Shown here piece after piece: positions 19,242-27,939 of a stretch of DNA of 51,137 nucleotides. This DNA is from Gemmatimonas sp. (GTDB lineage: Bacteria > Gemmatimonadota > Gemmatimonadetes > Gemmatimonadales > Gemmatimonadaceae). The notes beneath the pieces were generated by a model. It was given only the letters and a program-made list of their open reading frames with translations, was not told the DNA's origin and searched no databases. The translations under genes and the position numbers were made by a program. The number at the start of each line of letters is the position of its first letter. Within the stretch, counting starts at the first letter, position 1. The stretch is taken from assembly GCA_013822285.1 (NCBI GenBank), contig PNKF01000001.1:1-51137 (forward strand). Direction: 5' to 3'.

Positions 19242-20873
19242 TCAGTCGTCCAGCGTCGCGTGGCGGGACTCCGGAAGAAACAACGCCCCGATGACGACGG
19301 TCACCAGCGCGATGACGACTGGATACCAGAGGCCCGCGTAGATGTCGCCGGTCGCCGCGACGATGGCGAAGGCCGTCGTTGGCAGGAATCCCCCGAACCA
19401 GCCGTTGCCGATGTGATACGGCAGCGACATCGACGTGTAGCGGATGCGCGTGGGGAACAACTCGACGAGCATGGCCGCGATCGGACCGTACACCATCGTC
19501 ACCAGCAGTACCAAGGCGACGAGCACGAGGATCACGCGCAGCGTCTGCACTTGCGCGGGGTCGGCGCCGCGCGGGTAGCCGGCGTCGGACAGCGCCGATT
19601 CAAGTTCCGCCTCGAATCGCGCCTTCGCCGTGTCTGCGGCCGCAGCGCGCGCATCGTATGAGGTCAGGGTCCGATCACCGATCGTGATGTGCACGGTCTC
19701 GGTCGATCCCGGCTGGTTCCGGTACGGTACTCCGCGCCGCACAAGCGCAGACTTCGCGACGTCACAAGCGCTCGTAAACGTCGAGGTGCCGACGGGATTG
19801 AACTGCACCGAACAGAAGCGCGAGTCGGCATCGACCACGACCGGCGCACGCTCCACCGCGGCCGCCAACGCGGGGTTCGCCGCGGCGGTCAGCGCATGAA
19901 ACAGCGGGAAGATCGTCAGCGCGGCGATCAGGCAGCCGCCGAGGATCACCGGCTTGCGGCCGATCTTGTCGGAAAGCCAGCCGAACACCACGAAGAACGG
20001 CGTACCGATCACCAGCGCTGCGGCCACCATGAGGTTCGCGGCCTGCGCATCGACCTTCAGCGTCTGCGTGAGGAAGAACAGCGCGTAGAACTGGCCCGTG
20101 TACCAGATCACGGCCTGACCCGCCACGAGGCCGAACAGCGCCAGCAACACGATGCGCAGATTCGCCCATTCCCCGAAGCTCTCGCGCAGCGGTGCCTTCG
20201 ACTGCTTGCCCTCCGCCTTCATACGGCGGAACAACGGCGATTCGTCCAGCGACAGGCGGATCCACGTGGAGATGCCCAGCAGAATCACCGAGAACAGGAA
20301 CGGGATGCGCCAGCCCCAGGCATCGAAGCGCTCGGTGCCGAGCAGCGTGCGGCAGCCGAGGATCACGAGCAGGGAGAGGAAGAGCCCCAGGGTCGCCGTG
20401 GTCTGGATCCAGCCCGTGTAGAGCCCACGCTTCCCCTGCGGTGCATGCTCGGCCACGTACGTCGCCGCTCCGCCGTATTCACCCCCGAGTGCGAGTCCCT
20501 GCAGCAGTCGCAGCAGGATGAGGATCACCGGCGCCGCGATGCCGATCGTCGCGTAGGTGGGCAGCACGCCGACGAGGAATGTCGAGGTGCCCATCAGCAC
20601 GATCGTCACGAGGAAGGTGTACTTCCGCCCGACGAGATCGCCCAAGCGGCCGAAGAACACCGCGCCGAAGGGGCGCACCGCGAAGCCGGCGGCGAAGGCG
20701 AGCAGGGCGAAGATGAATCCCGCCGTCTCGTTCACGCCCGAGAAGAACTGTCGGGAGATGATCGACGCCAGCGATCCGTACAAGTAGAAGTCGTACCACT
20801 CGAAGACGGTGCCGAGCGACGAGGCGAGAATGACGCGGCGGACGTCGCGCGTCGGGGCGAGTTCCTCTTGCAT
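19242..20873 (-). CDS. MFS transporter, metabolite:H+ symporter (MHS) family (543 aa)
   Basis: Motifs GTVFEWYDF, RPFGAVFFGRLGDLVGRK, LQGLALGGEYGGA, WGWRIPF and ELFPTRIRY. Start at 20873 chosen because a TACATT box lies 6 nt upstream. Confidence 0.93.
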   Translation of the reverse strand: MQEELAPTRDVRRVILASSLGTVFEWYDFYLYGSLASIISRQFFSGVNETAGFIFALLAFAAGFAVRPFGAVFFGRLGDLVGRKYTFLVTIVLMGTSTFLVGVLPTYATIGIAAPVILILLRLLQGLALGGEYGGAATYVAEHAPQGKRGLYTGWIQTTATLGLFLSLLVILGCRTLLGTERFDAWGWRIPFLFSVILLGISTWIRLSLDESPLFRRMKAEGKQSKAPLRESFGEWANLRIVLLALFGLVAGQAVIWYTGQFYALFFLTQTLKVDAQAANLMVAAALVIGTPFFVVFGWLSDKIGRKPVILGGCLIAALTIFPLFHALTAAANPALAAAVERAPVVVDADSRFCSVQFNPVGTSTFTSACDVAKSALVRRGVPYRNQPGSTETVHITIGDRTLTSYDARAAAADTAKARFEAELESALSDAGYPRGADPAQVQTLRVILVLVALVLLVTMVYGPIAAMLVELFPTRIRYTSMSLPYHIGNGWFGGFLPTTAFAIVAATGDIYAGLWYPVVIALVTVVIGALFLPESRHATLDD

Positions 20874-20930
20874 CGCCAGAATGTAGCGCGAGGCTGGTCC
20901 CGTCGCGCCGACCGCCGACGCCATGTCAGC

Positions 20931-22076
20931 TCAGGCGCCGCCCTTGCGGTATCGCCGCACGGCGAGGGTCATCAGGACAGCGGCACCCCCGGCGAGCGCC
21001 GCGAGGCGCGGCAGCACGTCCACGACGCTGGCGCCCTTGAGCATCACGCCGCGCATCAGTGAGATGAAATGCATCAAGGGGTTGAGCTGCGCGACGTTCT
21101 GCGCCCAGTCGGGCATCGAACGGATCGGCGTGAACAGTCCACTCATCAGGATGTAGACCATCAACAGCGAGAAGGTGACGAACACCGCCTGCTGCTGTGT
21201 GTCCGAGATGCTCGAGACCCAGAGCCCGACGGCCAGCGCCGCCACCAAGTACAGCGCCGCGGCGCCGTACACGAGGGCGAGCGAGCCTTCGATGGGAATG
21301 CGGAACGCGAAGGCGGCGACGGCGAGCCCGACGCTCAACTGCACCAGCCCGATGATCCAGAACGGAATCAGCTTCGCCGCAATGAACGTGGTGCGCCCGA
21401 TCGGCGTGACGTTGAGCTGGTCCAGCGTGCCGGCCTCCTTCTCGCGCACGATGTTCAGGGCCGTCATGAACGTGCCGCCGATCGTGATCAACTGCACCAG
21501 GATGCCGGGCACCATATACCAGCGATACTCCAGCGCCGGATTGAACCAGTTCCGGCGGTGTACGTCGATGCGCGGACTGCCAGGCGTCGGAGTGCCACGC
21601 GCGCTCGCGGCGACGTTCATCGGGAGGACCGCGGCGCCCAGCTCGGCGCTGTAGCGCGCGACCACCTCCGTGGCGTACGAGCTCGCGACGCCGGCCTGCG
21701 CTCCATCCTCTGCATTGAACGCGAGCTGCACCGCCGCGTGGTGCGTGCGCTGGAGGTCGCGGGCGAAGCCCTCGGGAATCGAGACGATGGCGTTGGCGCG
21801 GCCGGCGAGCAGGGCCGCGTTACCATCCTCCTGTCGCAGGCCCTGGCCTACGACCAGGAAGCGTCCCGTGCCGGCAAGGCGCTCCACCAGTGCCGCAGAT
21901 GTCGGCGTGCGATCTCGATCGACGACCCAGACCCGACTCTCCTTCACCTCGAAGCTGGCGGCGTTGGCGAGCACCATCAGCTGGACGACGGGCATGATGA
22001 ACAGCAGCCGCAGGATCGTCGGGTCACGACGGATCTGCAGGAACTCCTTGCGGAGCAGGACGCGGAGGGCGCGCAT
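20931..22076 (-). CDS. ABC-2 type transporter permease (YbhR-like)
   Basis: Motifs KEFLQIRRD, VREKEAGTLDQL.VTP, SGLFTPIRSMP and NPL.HF; TGATG overlap with the upstream gene. Confidence 0.93.
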   Translation of the reverse strand: MRALRVLLRKEFLQIRRDPTILRLLFIMPVVQLMVLANAASFEVKESRVWVVDRDRTPTSAALVERLAGTGRFLVVGQGLRQEDGNAALLAGRANAIVSIPEGFARDLQRTHHAAVQLAFNAEDGAQAGVASSYATEVVARYSAELGAAVLPMNVAASARGTPTPGSPRIDVHRRNWFNPALEYRWYMVPGILVQLITIGGTFMTALNIVREKEAGTLDQLNVTPIGRTTFIAAKLIPFWIIGLVQLSVGLAVAAFAFRIPIEGSLALVYGAAALYLVAALAVGLWVSSISDTQQQAVFVTFSLLMVYILMSGLFTPIRSMPDWAQNVAQLNPLMHFISLMRGVMLKGASVVDVLPRLAALAGGAAVLMTLAVRRYRKGGA

Positions 22077-23191
22077 CAGTCGAGCCGCACCGAGAAGCGG
22101 CGGATGGCGAGCGTCATGAGCGCGGCGAACATGGCCGTCAGTACCGCGAACTGTGGCCAGAGTTCGGTCCAGCCCGCTCCCTTCAGCATGATGCCACGCG
22201 AGATGTCGATGAACCAACGCGCCGGTACGATGCTCGACAGCAGCTGCAGCGGCGCCGGCATCGATGCAATCGGGAAGATCATGCCGCTCAGCAGCGTGCT
22301 CGGCATCATCGTCCCGATCAGCGCGGCGAGCATCGCCGTCAACTGACTGCTGGTGATGGCGGCAATCAGCACGCCCAGCGCGAGGCCGACGAGGGCGTAG
22401 AGCGTGCTGCCCGCCATCAAGGTGACCAACGAGCCGCGGAACGGCACGCCGAACACCAACCAGGCCGCCACGAGCACGGACACGACGTTCACGAAGGCGA
22501 GCAGTAGATACGGCGCCACCTTGCCCACGATCACCTGCCAGGGATGCAGCGGCGACACCAGCAGCACTTCCAGCGTACCGCGCTCCTTCTCCCGCGACAG
22601 CGAGATTGCGGTCATCAGGGCGGTGACGATGGTCAGGATGAGCGCAATCAGGCCCGGTACGAAGAGATTCACGCTCTCGAGCGTGGGATTGAACAGCATG
22701 CGGATGCGCGGCTCGATGCCGCCGCTCGCGGCCTGCGGTAGCAGGTCACGTTGCCATCCCGTCAGCACGGCAACCACGTGTGTTTGCATCGTGGCCCCCG
22801 TGTTGGGGTCGGAGGCATCCGCGATCACCTGCAACTCGGCGTCGCGCCCGTCGCGCAGCCGCTCGGCCAGTCCGGACGCGATGACAAGCGCGACGTCGGC
22901 CCGGTCGGCTCGGAACGCCGCCTCGATGGCACCTGGTGTCGGCGCCACATCCACCAGCGTGAAGCGCCCGTTCCGCGCGAACCGCGTGCGCAGGGCGGCC
23001 GTCGCATCGTCGGGAGCCTCAGCGATGTACGCGAGGCGGATGTCCCGCACGTCGGTGCGCAGGGCGAAACCGAACAACGTGAGCTGCGCGACGGGGAGCG
23101 CGAGCAAGATGACCAGCGTCTGCCGGTCGCGGAGGATGTGCTGGAACTCCTTCACGATGAAGGCGCGAAGCGCGGCGAGGGCTTGCGTCAC
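22076..23191 (-). CDS. ABC-2 type transporter permease (YbhS-like)
   Basis: Motifs KEFQHILRD, REKERGTLE.LLVSP and LLSG.IFPIASMP. Confidence 0.93.
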   Translation of the reverse strand: MTQALAALRAFIVKEFQHILRDRQTLVILLALPVAQLTLFGFALRTDVRDIRLAYIAEAPDDATAALRTRFARNGRFTLVDVAPTPGAIEAAFRADRADVALVIASGLAERLRDGRDAELQVIADASDPNTGATMQTHVVAVLTGWQRDLLPQAASGGIEPRIRMLFNPTLESVNLFVPGLIALILTIVTALMTAISLSREKERGTLEVLLVSPLHPWQVIVGKVAPYLLLAFVNVVSVLVAAWLVFGVPFRGSLVTLMAGSTLYALVGLALGVLIAAITSSQLTAMLAALIGTMMPSTLLSGMIFPIASMPAPLQLLSSIVPARWFIDISRGIMLKGAGWTELWPQFAVLTAMFAALMTLAIRRFSVRLD

Positions 23192-23955
23192 GCGACCGCT
23201 CCGGTGCCGCGCGCGAGGCGTACGAAGACCTCGTCCAACGAATCCGTCGCGAAGTCGCGCTTCAGTTCCTCAGGCGTGCCGAGCGCGGCGATGCGGCCGT
23301 CCACCATGATGGCGACGCGATCGCAATACTCGGCTTCGTCGAGATAGTGCGTCGTGACGAACACGGTCGTGCCGCGGGCCGCCGCCGCGTAGATCAGCTC
23401 CCAGAACTGCCGCCGCGTGATAGGGTCCACGCCGCCGGTGGGCTCGTCGAGGAAGACGACGTCTGGCCCATGCAGCAGCGCCACCGAGAAGGCGAGCTTC
23501 TGCTTCCAGCCGAGGGGCAGGGTGCGCACGAGCTCGTCGGCGTGCGCCTCGAGGCGCAGCTCGGCGATCATCGTGCCACCGCGCGCCGCGATGTCGGCAT
23601 CGCTGAGTCCGTAGATGCCGCCGTACAGCGCGATGTTCTCGCGCACCGTGAGGTCCTCGTACAGCGAGAAGCGCTGACTCATGTAACCGATGCGCCGGCG
23701 CACCTGCTCCGCGTCAGTCGCCACGTCGAATCCGGCGACTTGGGCGCGGCCATCGGTCGGCGCCAGCAGTCCGATGAGCATGCGGATTGCGGTCGTCTTG
23801 CCGGCGCCATTCGCCCCGAGGAATCCGAACACCTCGCCACTGGCGACCTCGAAGCGGATGGCGTCGACGGCCGTGAAGTCGCCGAAGCGCCGCGTCAGGT
23901 CGTCGACACGGATCGCGACCCGGGCTGGGCTCGTCGGGGCGGGGACGTGGCTCAC
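23188..23955 (-). CDS. ABC transporter ATP-binding protein
   Basis: Walker A GANGAGKT; degenerate signature LPLGWKQK; Walker B VFLDEPT; H-loop TTHY. Confidence 0.95.
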   Translation of the reverse strand: MSHVPAPTSPARVAIRVDDLTRRFGDFTAVDAIRFEVASGEVFGFLGANGAGKTTAIRMLIGLLAPTDGRAQVAGFDVATDAEQVRRRIGYMSQRFSLYEDLTVRENIALYGGIYGLSDADIAARGGTMIAELRLEAHADELVRTLPLGWKQKLAFSVALLHGPDVVFLDEPTGGVDPITRRQFWELIYAAAARGTTVFVTTHYLDEAEYCDRVAIMVDGRIAALGTPEELKRDFATDSLDEVFVRLARGTGAVA

Positions 23956-24932
23956 GCGGCGACCTCCGGCGCACGGCCCATCAACTCGATGAAGGCGTCT
24001 TCGATTCCAGGCGCCTTCTGTCGGATGCGTGCGTCGTCGAGGCCCGCTGCGGCGAGGTACGCCTGCAGCTCCCGCATGATCACGTCAGGCGCAAGGTCCG
24101 TCCTGCTGTCACTGACGTGCACGTCCTCGCCGAACGGATACGCCGAGGCGATGCTCGGGTACTGCCGCAGGGTGCTGAGCAAGCGTGAGCGTTGGCGCGC
24201 GCGCACCGCGAACATCGCGCGGGGAAAGCGCGCGCCAATCTGCGATGGCGCGTCGATCGCCAGTACGCGGCCTTCCTGGATCAGCGCGACCCGGTCGCAG
24301 CGCGCGGCTTCGTCCATATACGGCGTCGAGACGACGATGGTCAGCCCACCGGCTTTCAGCTCCGCCAGGAGATCCCAGAACTCGCGGCGCGAGACCGCGT
24401 CCACACCGGTCGTGGGCTCGTCGAGAAAGAGCAGCTGTGGGCGGTGGACCAAGGCGCAGGACAGGGCGAGCTTCTGCTTCATGCCGCCCGAGAGCGCAGC
24501 CGCGCGACGATCCTTGAATCGCTCGATCTGGCGATAGATTGGGGCGATGAGCGCGTAGCCGTGCTCGAGATTCGTGCCGAACACCGACGCGAAGAACTTG
24601 AGGTTCTCCTCGACCGTCAGGTCGCCGTAGAGCGAGAAGCGCCCAGGCATGTAGCCCACCCGCGCACGGATCGCCCAGAGGTCGCGGACGACATCGAGGC
24701 CGAGCACGCTGGCGCGTCCGGCATCGGGGAGCATCAGCGTCGTGAGCACGCGGAACAGCGTGGTCTTCCCGCCGCCGTCGGGGCCGACGAGACCGAAGAG
24801 CTCGGCCGGCTGCACGGCAAAGGACACCTGGTCCAGTGCCGTGGTCGCCCCGAAGCGCTTCGTCACGCCATCGACGACCACGGGCGTGCCGTCGACGCCG
24901 CTCGACGCTGTCATCGCGCGGTGGAGGCTCAC
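23952..24932 (-). CDS. ABC transporter ATP-binding protein
   Basis: Walker A GPDGGGKT; signature LSGGMKQK; Walker B LFLDEPT; H-loop replaced by STPY. The start may instead be the ATG at 24914. Confidence 0.95.
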   Translation of the reverse strand: MSLHRAMTASSGVDGTPVVVDGVTKRFGATTALDQVSFAVQPAELFGLVGPDGGGKTTLFRVLTTLMLPDAGRASVLGLDVVRDLWAIRARVGYMPGRFSLYGDLTVEENLKFFASVFGTNLEHGYALIAPIYRQIERFKDRRAAALSGGMKQKLALSCALVHRPQLLFLDEPTTGVDAVSRREFWDLLAELKAGGLTIVVSTPYMDEAARCDRVALIQEGRVLAIDAPSQIGARFPRAMFAVRARQRSRLLSTLRQYPSIASAYPFGEDVHVSDSRTDLAPDVIMRELQAYLAAAGLDDARIRQKAPGIEDAFIELMGRAPEVAA

Positions 24933-25822
24933 GGAGTGGTCGTCAGCGTAAGGTCACCGGGCATGCCGATCTTGAGTCGTCCGTCTGGGTCTCGCACGCG
25001 CACTTTCACGGCGTACACCAAGTCCGCGCGTTCATCACGTGTCTGGATCGGCGTGGGCGTGAACTCGGCGCGCGCCGACACCCAGGCGACTTCTCCCGCG
25101 AAGGCCATCAACGAATCGCCGATCGTCGCATGCACGCGCACTGCTTGGCCCAGGCGGAAGTCGCCGAGCTGCTTGCCGGTGACGTATGCGCGCAGGGTCA
25201 GGGTGCCGAGGTCGGCGATGGCGAAGAGTGCTTGGCCCGGTTGGACGGTCTCGCCAGCTCGCGCGTAGGTGGCGAGTACGGTGCCGGCGATCGGTGCGCG
25301 CACCTGCGCGCGTGCGATGCGGTCATCGAGGCCGGCGATCCGCGCGTCGAGTGCGGCGAGCTCGGCCTGCAGCGATCCGTCGGTGGCGGTGAGCGCGTCG
25401 CGCTGGGATTCCAGCATGCGGACTTCACGCTCCGCGGCATCTTCCTGGCTCGCGGTGGCGGCCTCGCCCGCCCGCAGGCGCTGCGTTCGCTCGCGGCTGC
25501 GGAGTGCGATCTCGAGCTGTGCGGCGACGGATTGGGTCTGGGCGCGCAGCTCCGCGCCGCGCGCACGGAGGACGCCGCGCTGCGCCACGAGTTGGCGGCG
25601 TTCGAGCGAAAGCGGCATGGTGTCGACGACGGCGACCAACGTGCCGGCCGCCAGGGTCTGGCCTTCGAGGGCGTCGAAGCGTGTTACCGGGCCGGCGACC
25701 TGTGCCGCGACGATGACCTCATCCGCCTCGAAGTTCCCGTATGCGTCGGGGTCTGTCTCGCTCCCGCAGGCAGCGAGGAGCAAGGTGGCGGCACAGGCCG
25801 CAGCAGAGACGGGGCGCATCAC
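24929..25822 (-). CDS. HlyD-family periplasmic adaptor lipoprotein (YbhG-like)
   Basis: Lipobox LAAC; motifs GNFEA, APIAGTV, AEFTPTPIQT and LKIGMP; coiled-coil hairpin. Confidence 0.92.
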   Translation of the reverse strand: MMRPVSAAACAATLLLAACGSETDPDAYGNFEADEVIVAAQVAGPVTRFDALEGQTLAAGTLVAVVDTMPLSLERRQLVAQRGVLRARGAELRAQTQSVAAQLEIALRSRERTQRLRAGEAATASQEDAAEREVRMLESQRDALTATDGSLQAELAALDARIAGLDDRIARAQVRAPIAGTVLATYARAGETVQPGQALFAIADLGTLTLRAYVTGKQLGDFRLGQAVRVHATIGDSLMAFAGEVAWVSARAEFTPTPIQTRDERADLVYAVKVRVRDPDGRLKIGMPGDLTLTTTP

Positions 25823-27105
25823 GGAATCTCCTGGCCGACGGTCGTAAGGAACCGCGCCTGTGCCTCGGCGAGCCGCACGCGGTGGAGGTCGCGCGCGGTG
25901 CGCGCGGCCAAGAGGTCAGATTCTCGGTCGACGAGTTCGCCGGCGGTGATGCCGCCCTCGGCGAAGCGGCGCCGTGCTTCAGTCACGGCGCGCTCGTGCA
26001 GCGCGATGATCGCGTCGTCGCTCTCGAGGCTGCGCGTGAGGCGATCCATCGCGGCGAGATCCCGTTGCACCGCGCGTTCGATCTGGGCGGTGAACTGCGC
26101 TTCTTCGCTGCTCACGATCTCGCGCTGGAGCCGTTGGATCTCGGCGTCACGCGAGGCACCGCCCCAGAGCGCAGGCGACCACTCGAGTTGCACGCCGGCG
26201 ATCCAGTACGACTGGAAATCTCTCGCCAGCGGATTGATGCCCGGCCGGCCGTAGCCGGAGCGGGCGAATGCCGAGACGCGCGGCAGGTCGGCGCGTCGCG
26301 TTTGCCGCGCGCGGGCGTCGAGGAGGTCGCGCGTGCCGCTGAACTGTGCATACTCTGGGCGGGCGCGCAACGAGGCCATCGCCTCGCGCGCGGATTCGAC
26401 GCTGGCCGAGAGCTCGGGGAGTGCGAGCGTCGTCGACTCGGCGATGGGCTGGCCAACGAGCGAGGCGAGCACGGCGCGCGTGGCGCTGCGGTTGGCATCG
26501 ATGTCATCCAGCGACTGGCGGCGCCGCAGCAACTCGGCGTCGAGCAGCGCGAGTTCGCCCGCGAGGCCGGAGCCTGCCGCCACGCGCGTGGCGGCGAGGC
26601 GTCGCTGCGTCTCGAGTTCGGTCATGGCGGCCAGCAACGTGCGTCGCTTGGCCTCGAGGGCCAGCAGCGTGAAGAAGGCGTCGCTCACTTGCTGGCGCTG
26701 TTGCCACAGCGCCCCGCGTACGCGGGCCTCCGCTTCCTCGAGCTGCGCGTCCTCGACGTCGCGGCGCGGACCGCGCGACGGATCGAACAAGCGCTGGCGC
26801 ACGGTGACGTAGGCGTCGTACTGCTGGTAGGGCACCATCGGGACGCCACCGATGCTCGGCACGTCGGAGACGTACTGGCCGACGGCGAACCCGGAGAGCG
26901 ATGGACGCACTTCGCGGTCCAGCGACTGGGTCCGCAGCGCGGACTGTCGTTCGACCAGTGACAGCTGGGCCGCACGACGATCGCTGCGCTCGGCGGCGGC
27001 CATCAGGTCGCGAAGCCGCAGGGCGTCAGTTGACTGCGCGGCGAGCGTCGCCAGCGGTGTGGCGAGCACGATGATCGTGGCGATAGCGGCGCGGAGATCT
27101 CTCAT
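25819..27105 (-). CDS. TolC-family outer membrane efflux protein
   Basis: Signal peptide; two OEP-like repeats (QRLFD..., LPRVSAF...GYGRPG...GVQLEW, G.IT..EL); position within the operon. Confidence 0.88.
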   Translation of the reverse strand: MRDLRAAIATIIVLATPLATLAAQSTDALRLRDLMAAAERSDRRAAQLSLVERQSALRTQSLDREVRPSLSGFAVGQYVSDVPSIGGVPMVPYQQYDAYVTVRQRLFDPSRGPRRDVEDAQLEEAEARVRGALWQQRQQVSDAFFTLLALEAKRRTLLAAMTELETQRRLAATRVAAGSGLAGELALLDAELLRRRQSLDDIDANRSATRAVLASLVGQPIAESTTLALPELSASVESAREAMASLRARPEYAQFSGTRDLLDARARQTRRADLPRVSAFARSGYGRPGINPLARDFQSYWIAGVQLEWSPALWGGASRDAEIQRLQREIVSSEEAQFTAQIERAVQRDLAAMDRLTRSLESDDAIIALHERAVTEARRRFAEGGITAGELVDRESDLLAARTARDLHRVRLAEAQARFLTTVGQEIP

Positions 27106-27815
27106 GGCCGGAGGGCGTTAAGGAGGAATCGCGGCAGCTCGTCGCGACGTTCGTCGAGGAATCGTTCGAAGGCGGCATCGTCCATCGCGTAGACACCGGC
27201 GAGCACGGACCGCGCGACGAAGGGGAAGGCCAGCAGGCTCATCATGTTCACCATCAGTTGCTCGGCCTTGATGGCCCGCATCTCCCCCGCGGCGACGCGC
27301 GCGTCGACCATCGCTTGGATGCGCCTGAGCAGCTGTGGCGACTCGCGACTTGGGTTCGAGCCGGTGATTGACTCGATGATCGCCGCGACACGCTGCGGAT
27401 TGTGGTGCGCTTCGGCGGCGACGTAGGCCGGAAGGAAGGGCGTGCGTCGCATCGTGTCGATGTAGGCCTGCACGAAAGCGCGCAGCAGCTGTTCGAGCGG
27501 GGCGTCGGGTCGAATCGTGCCGGGCAGTGCCGTGAACAGCGCCGCCGCTGCCTCCCGCAGTACGCGATCGGCCAGCGCCTGCTTGCTGCGGAAGTAGTAG
27601 TGCAGCAGCGCCTGGTTGACGCCGGCCTCGCGCGCGATGTCCTGCATGCGGGCGCCGGCGGTGCCGGCGCGCGTGAATACCGCGCGCGCCGCACTGAGGA
27701 TGCGGGTCTCGGCGTCGACGCCGTGGTCGCCCTGGAGCAGGGCCTCGGGCGTGCGCTTCGGGCGTCCGGGGTGCCGCTTGGGCGCGGAGGTCGAGGCCGT
27801 CTTTCGTTTAGTCAT
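27102..27815 (-). CDS. TetR/AcrR family transcriptional regulator
   Basis: HTH segment RILSAARAVF...GARMQDIAREAGVNQALLHYYFRSK. Confidence 0.95.
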   Translation of the reverse strand: MTKRKTASTSAPKRHPGRPKRTPEALLQGDHGVDAETRILSAARAVFTRAGTAGARMQDIAREAGVNQALLHYYFRSKQALADRVLREAAAALFTALPGTIRPDAPLEQLLRAFVQAYIDTMRRTPFLPAYVAAEAHHNPQRVAAIIESITGSNPSRESPQLLRRIQAMVDARVAAGEMRAIKAEQLMVNMMSLLAFPFVARSVLAGVYAMDDAAFERFLDERRDELPRFLLNALRP

Positions 27816-27840
27816 TGAGTTTAACTATTCAATTAATAAA
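27816..27840 (-). promoter_or_regulatory. AT-rich promoter and putative TetR operator
   Basis: Strongly AT-rich stretch containing the imperfect palindrome TTAA-CTATTCAA-TTAA (27821-27836), 5 nt from the tetR ATG. Confidence 0.6.
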
Positions 27841-27939
27841 TCCATCCCGCAAGCCCCCCGGCGATCGGCCACGCCTTTGCTGGGCGCCGCCCACCGGTAA
27901 GTTTCGCGGGTACGTCCCGCGGCCCCCCTCTTCATATAG

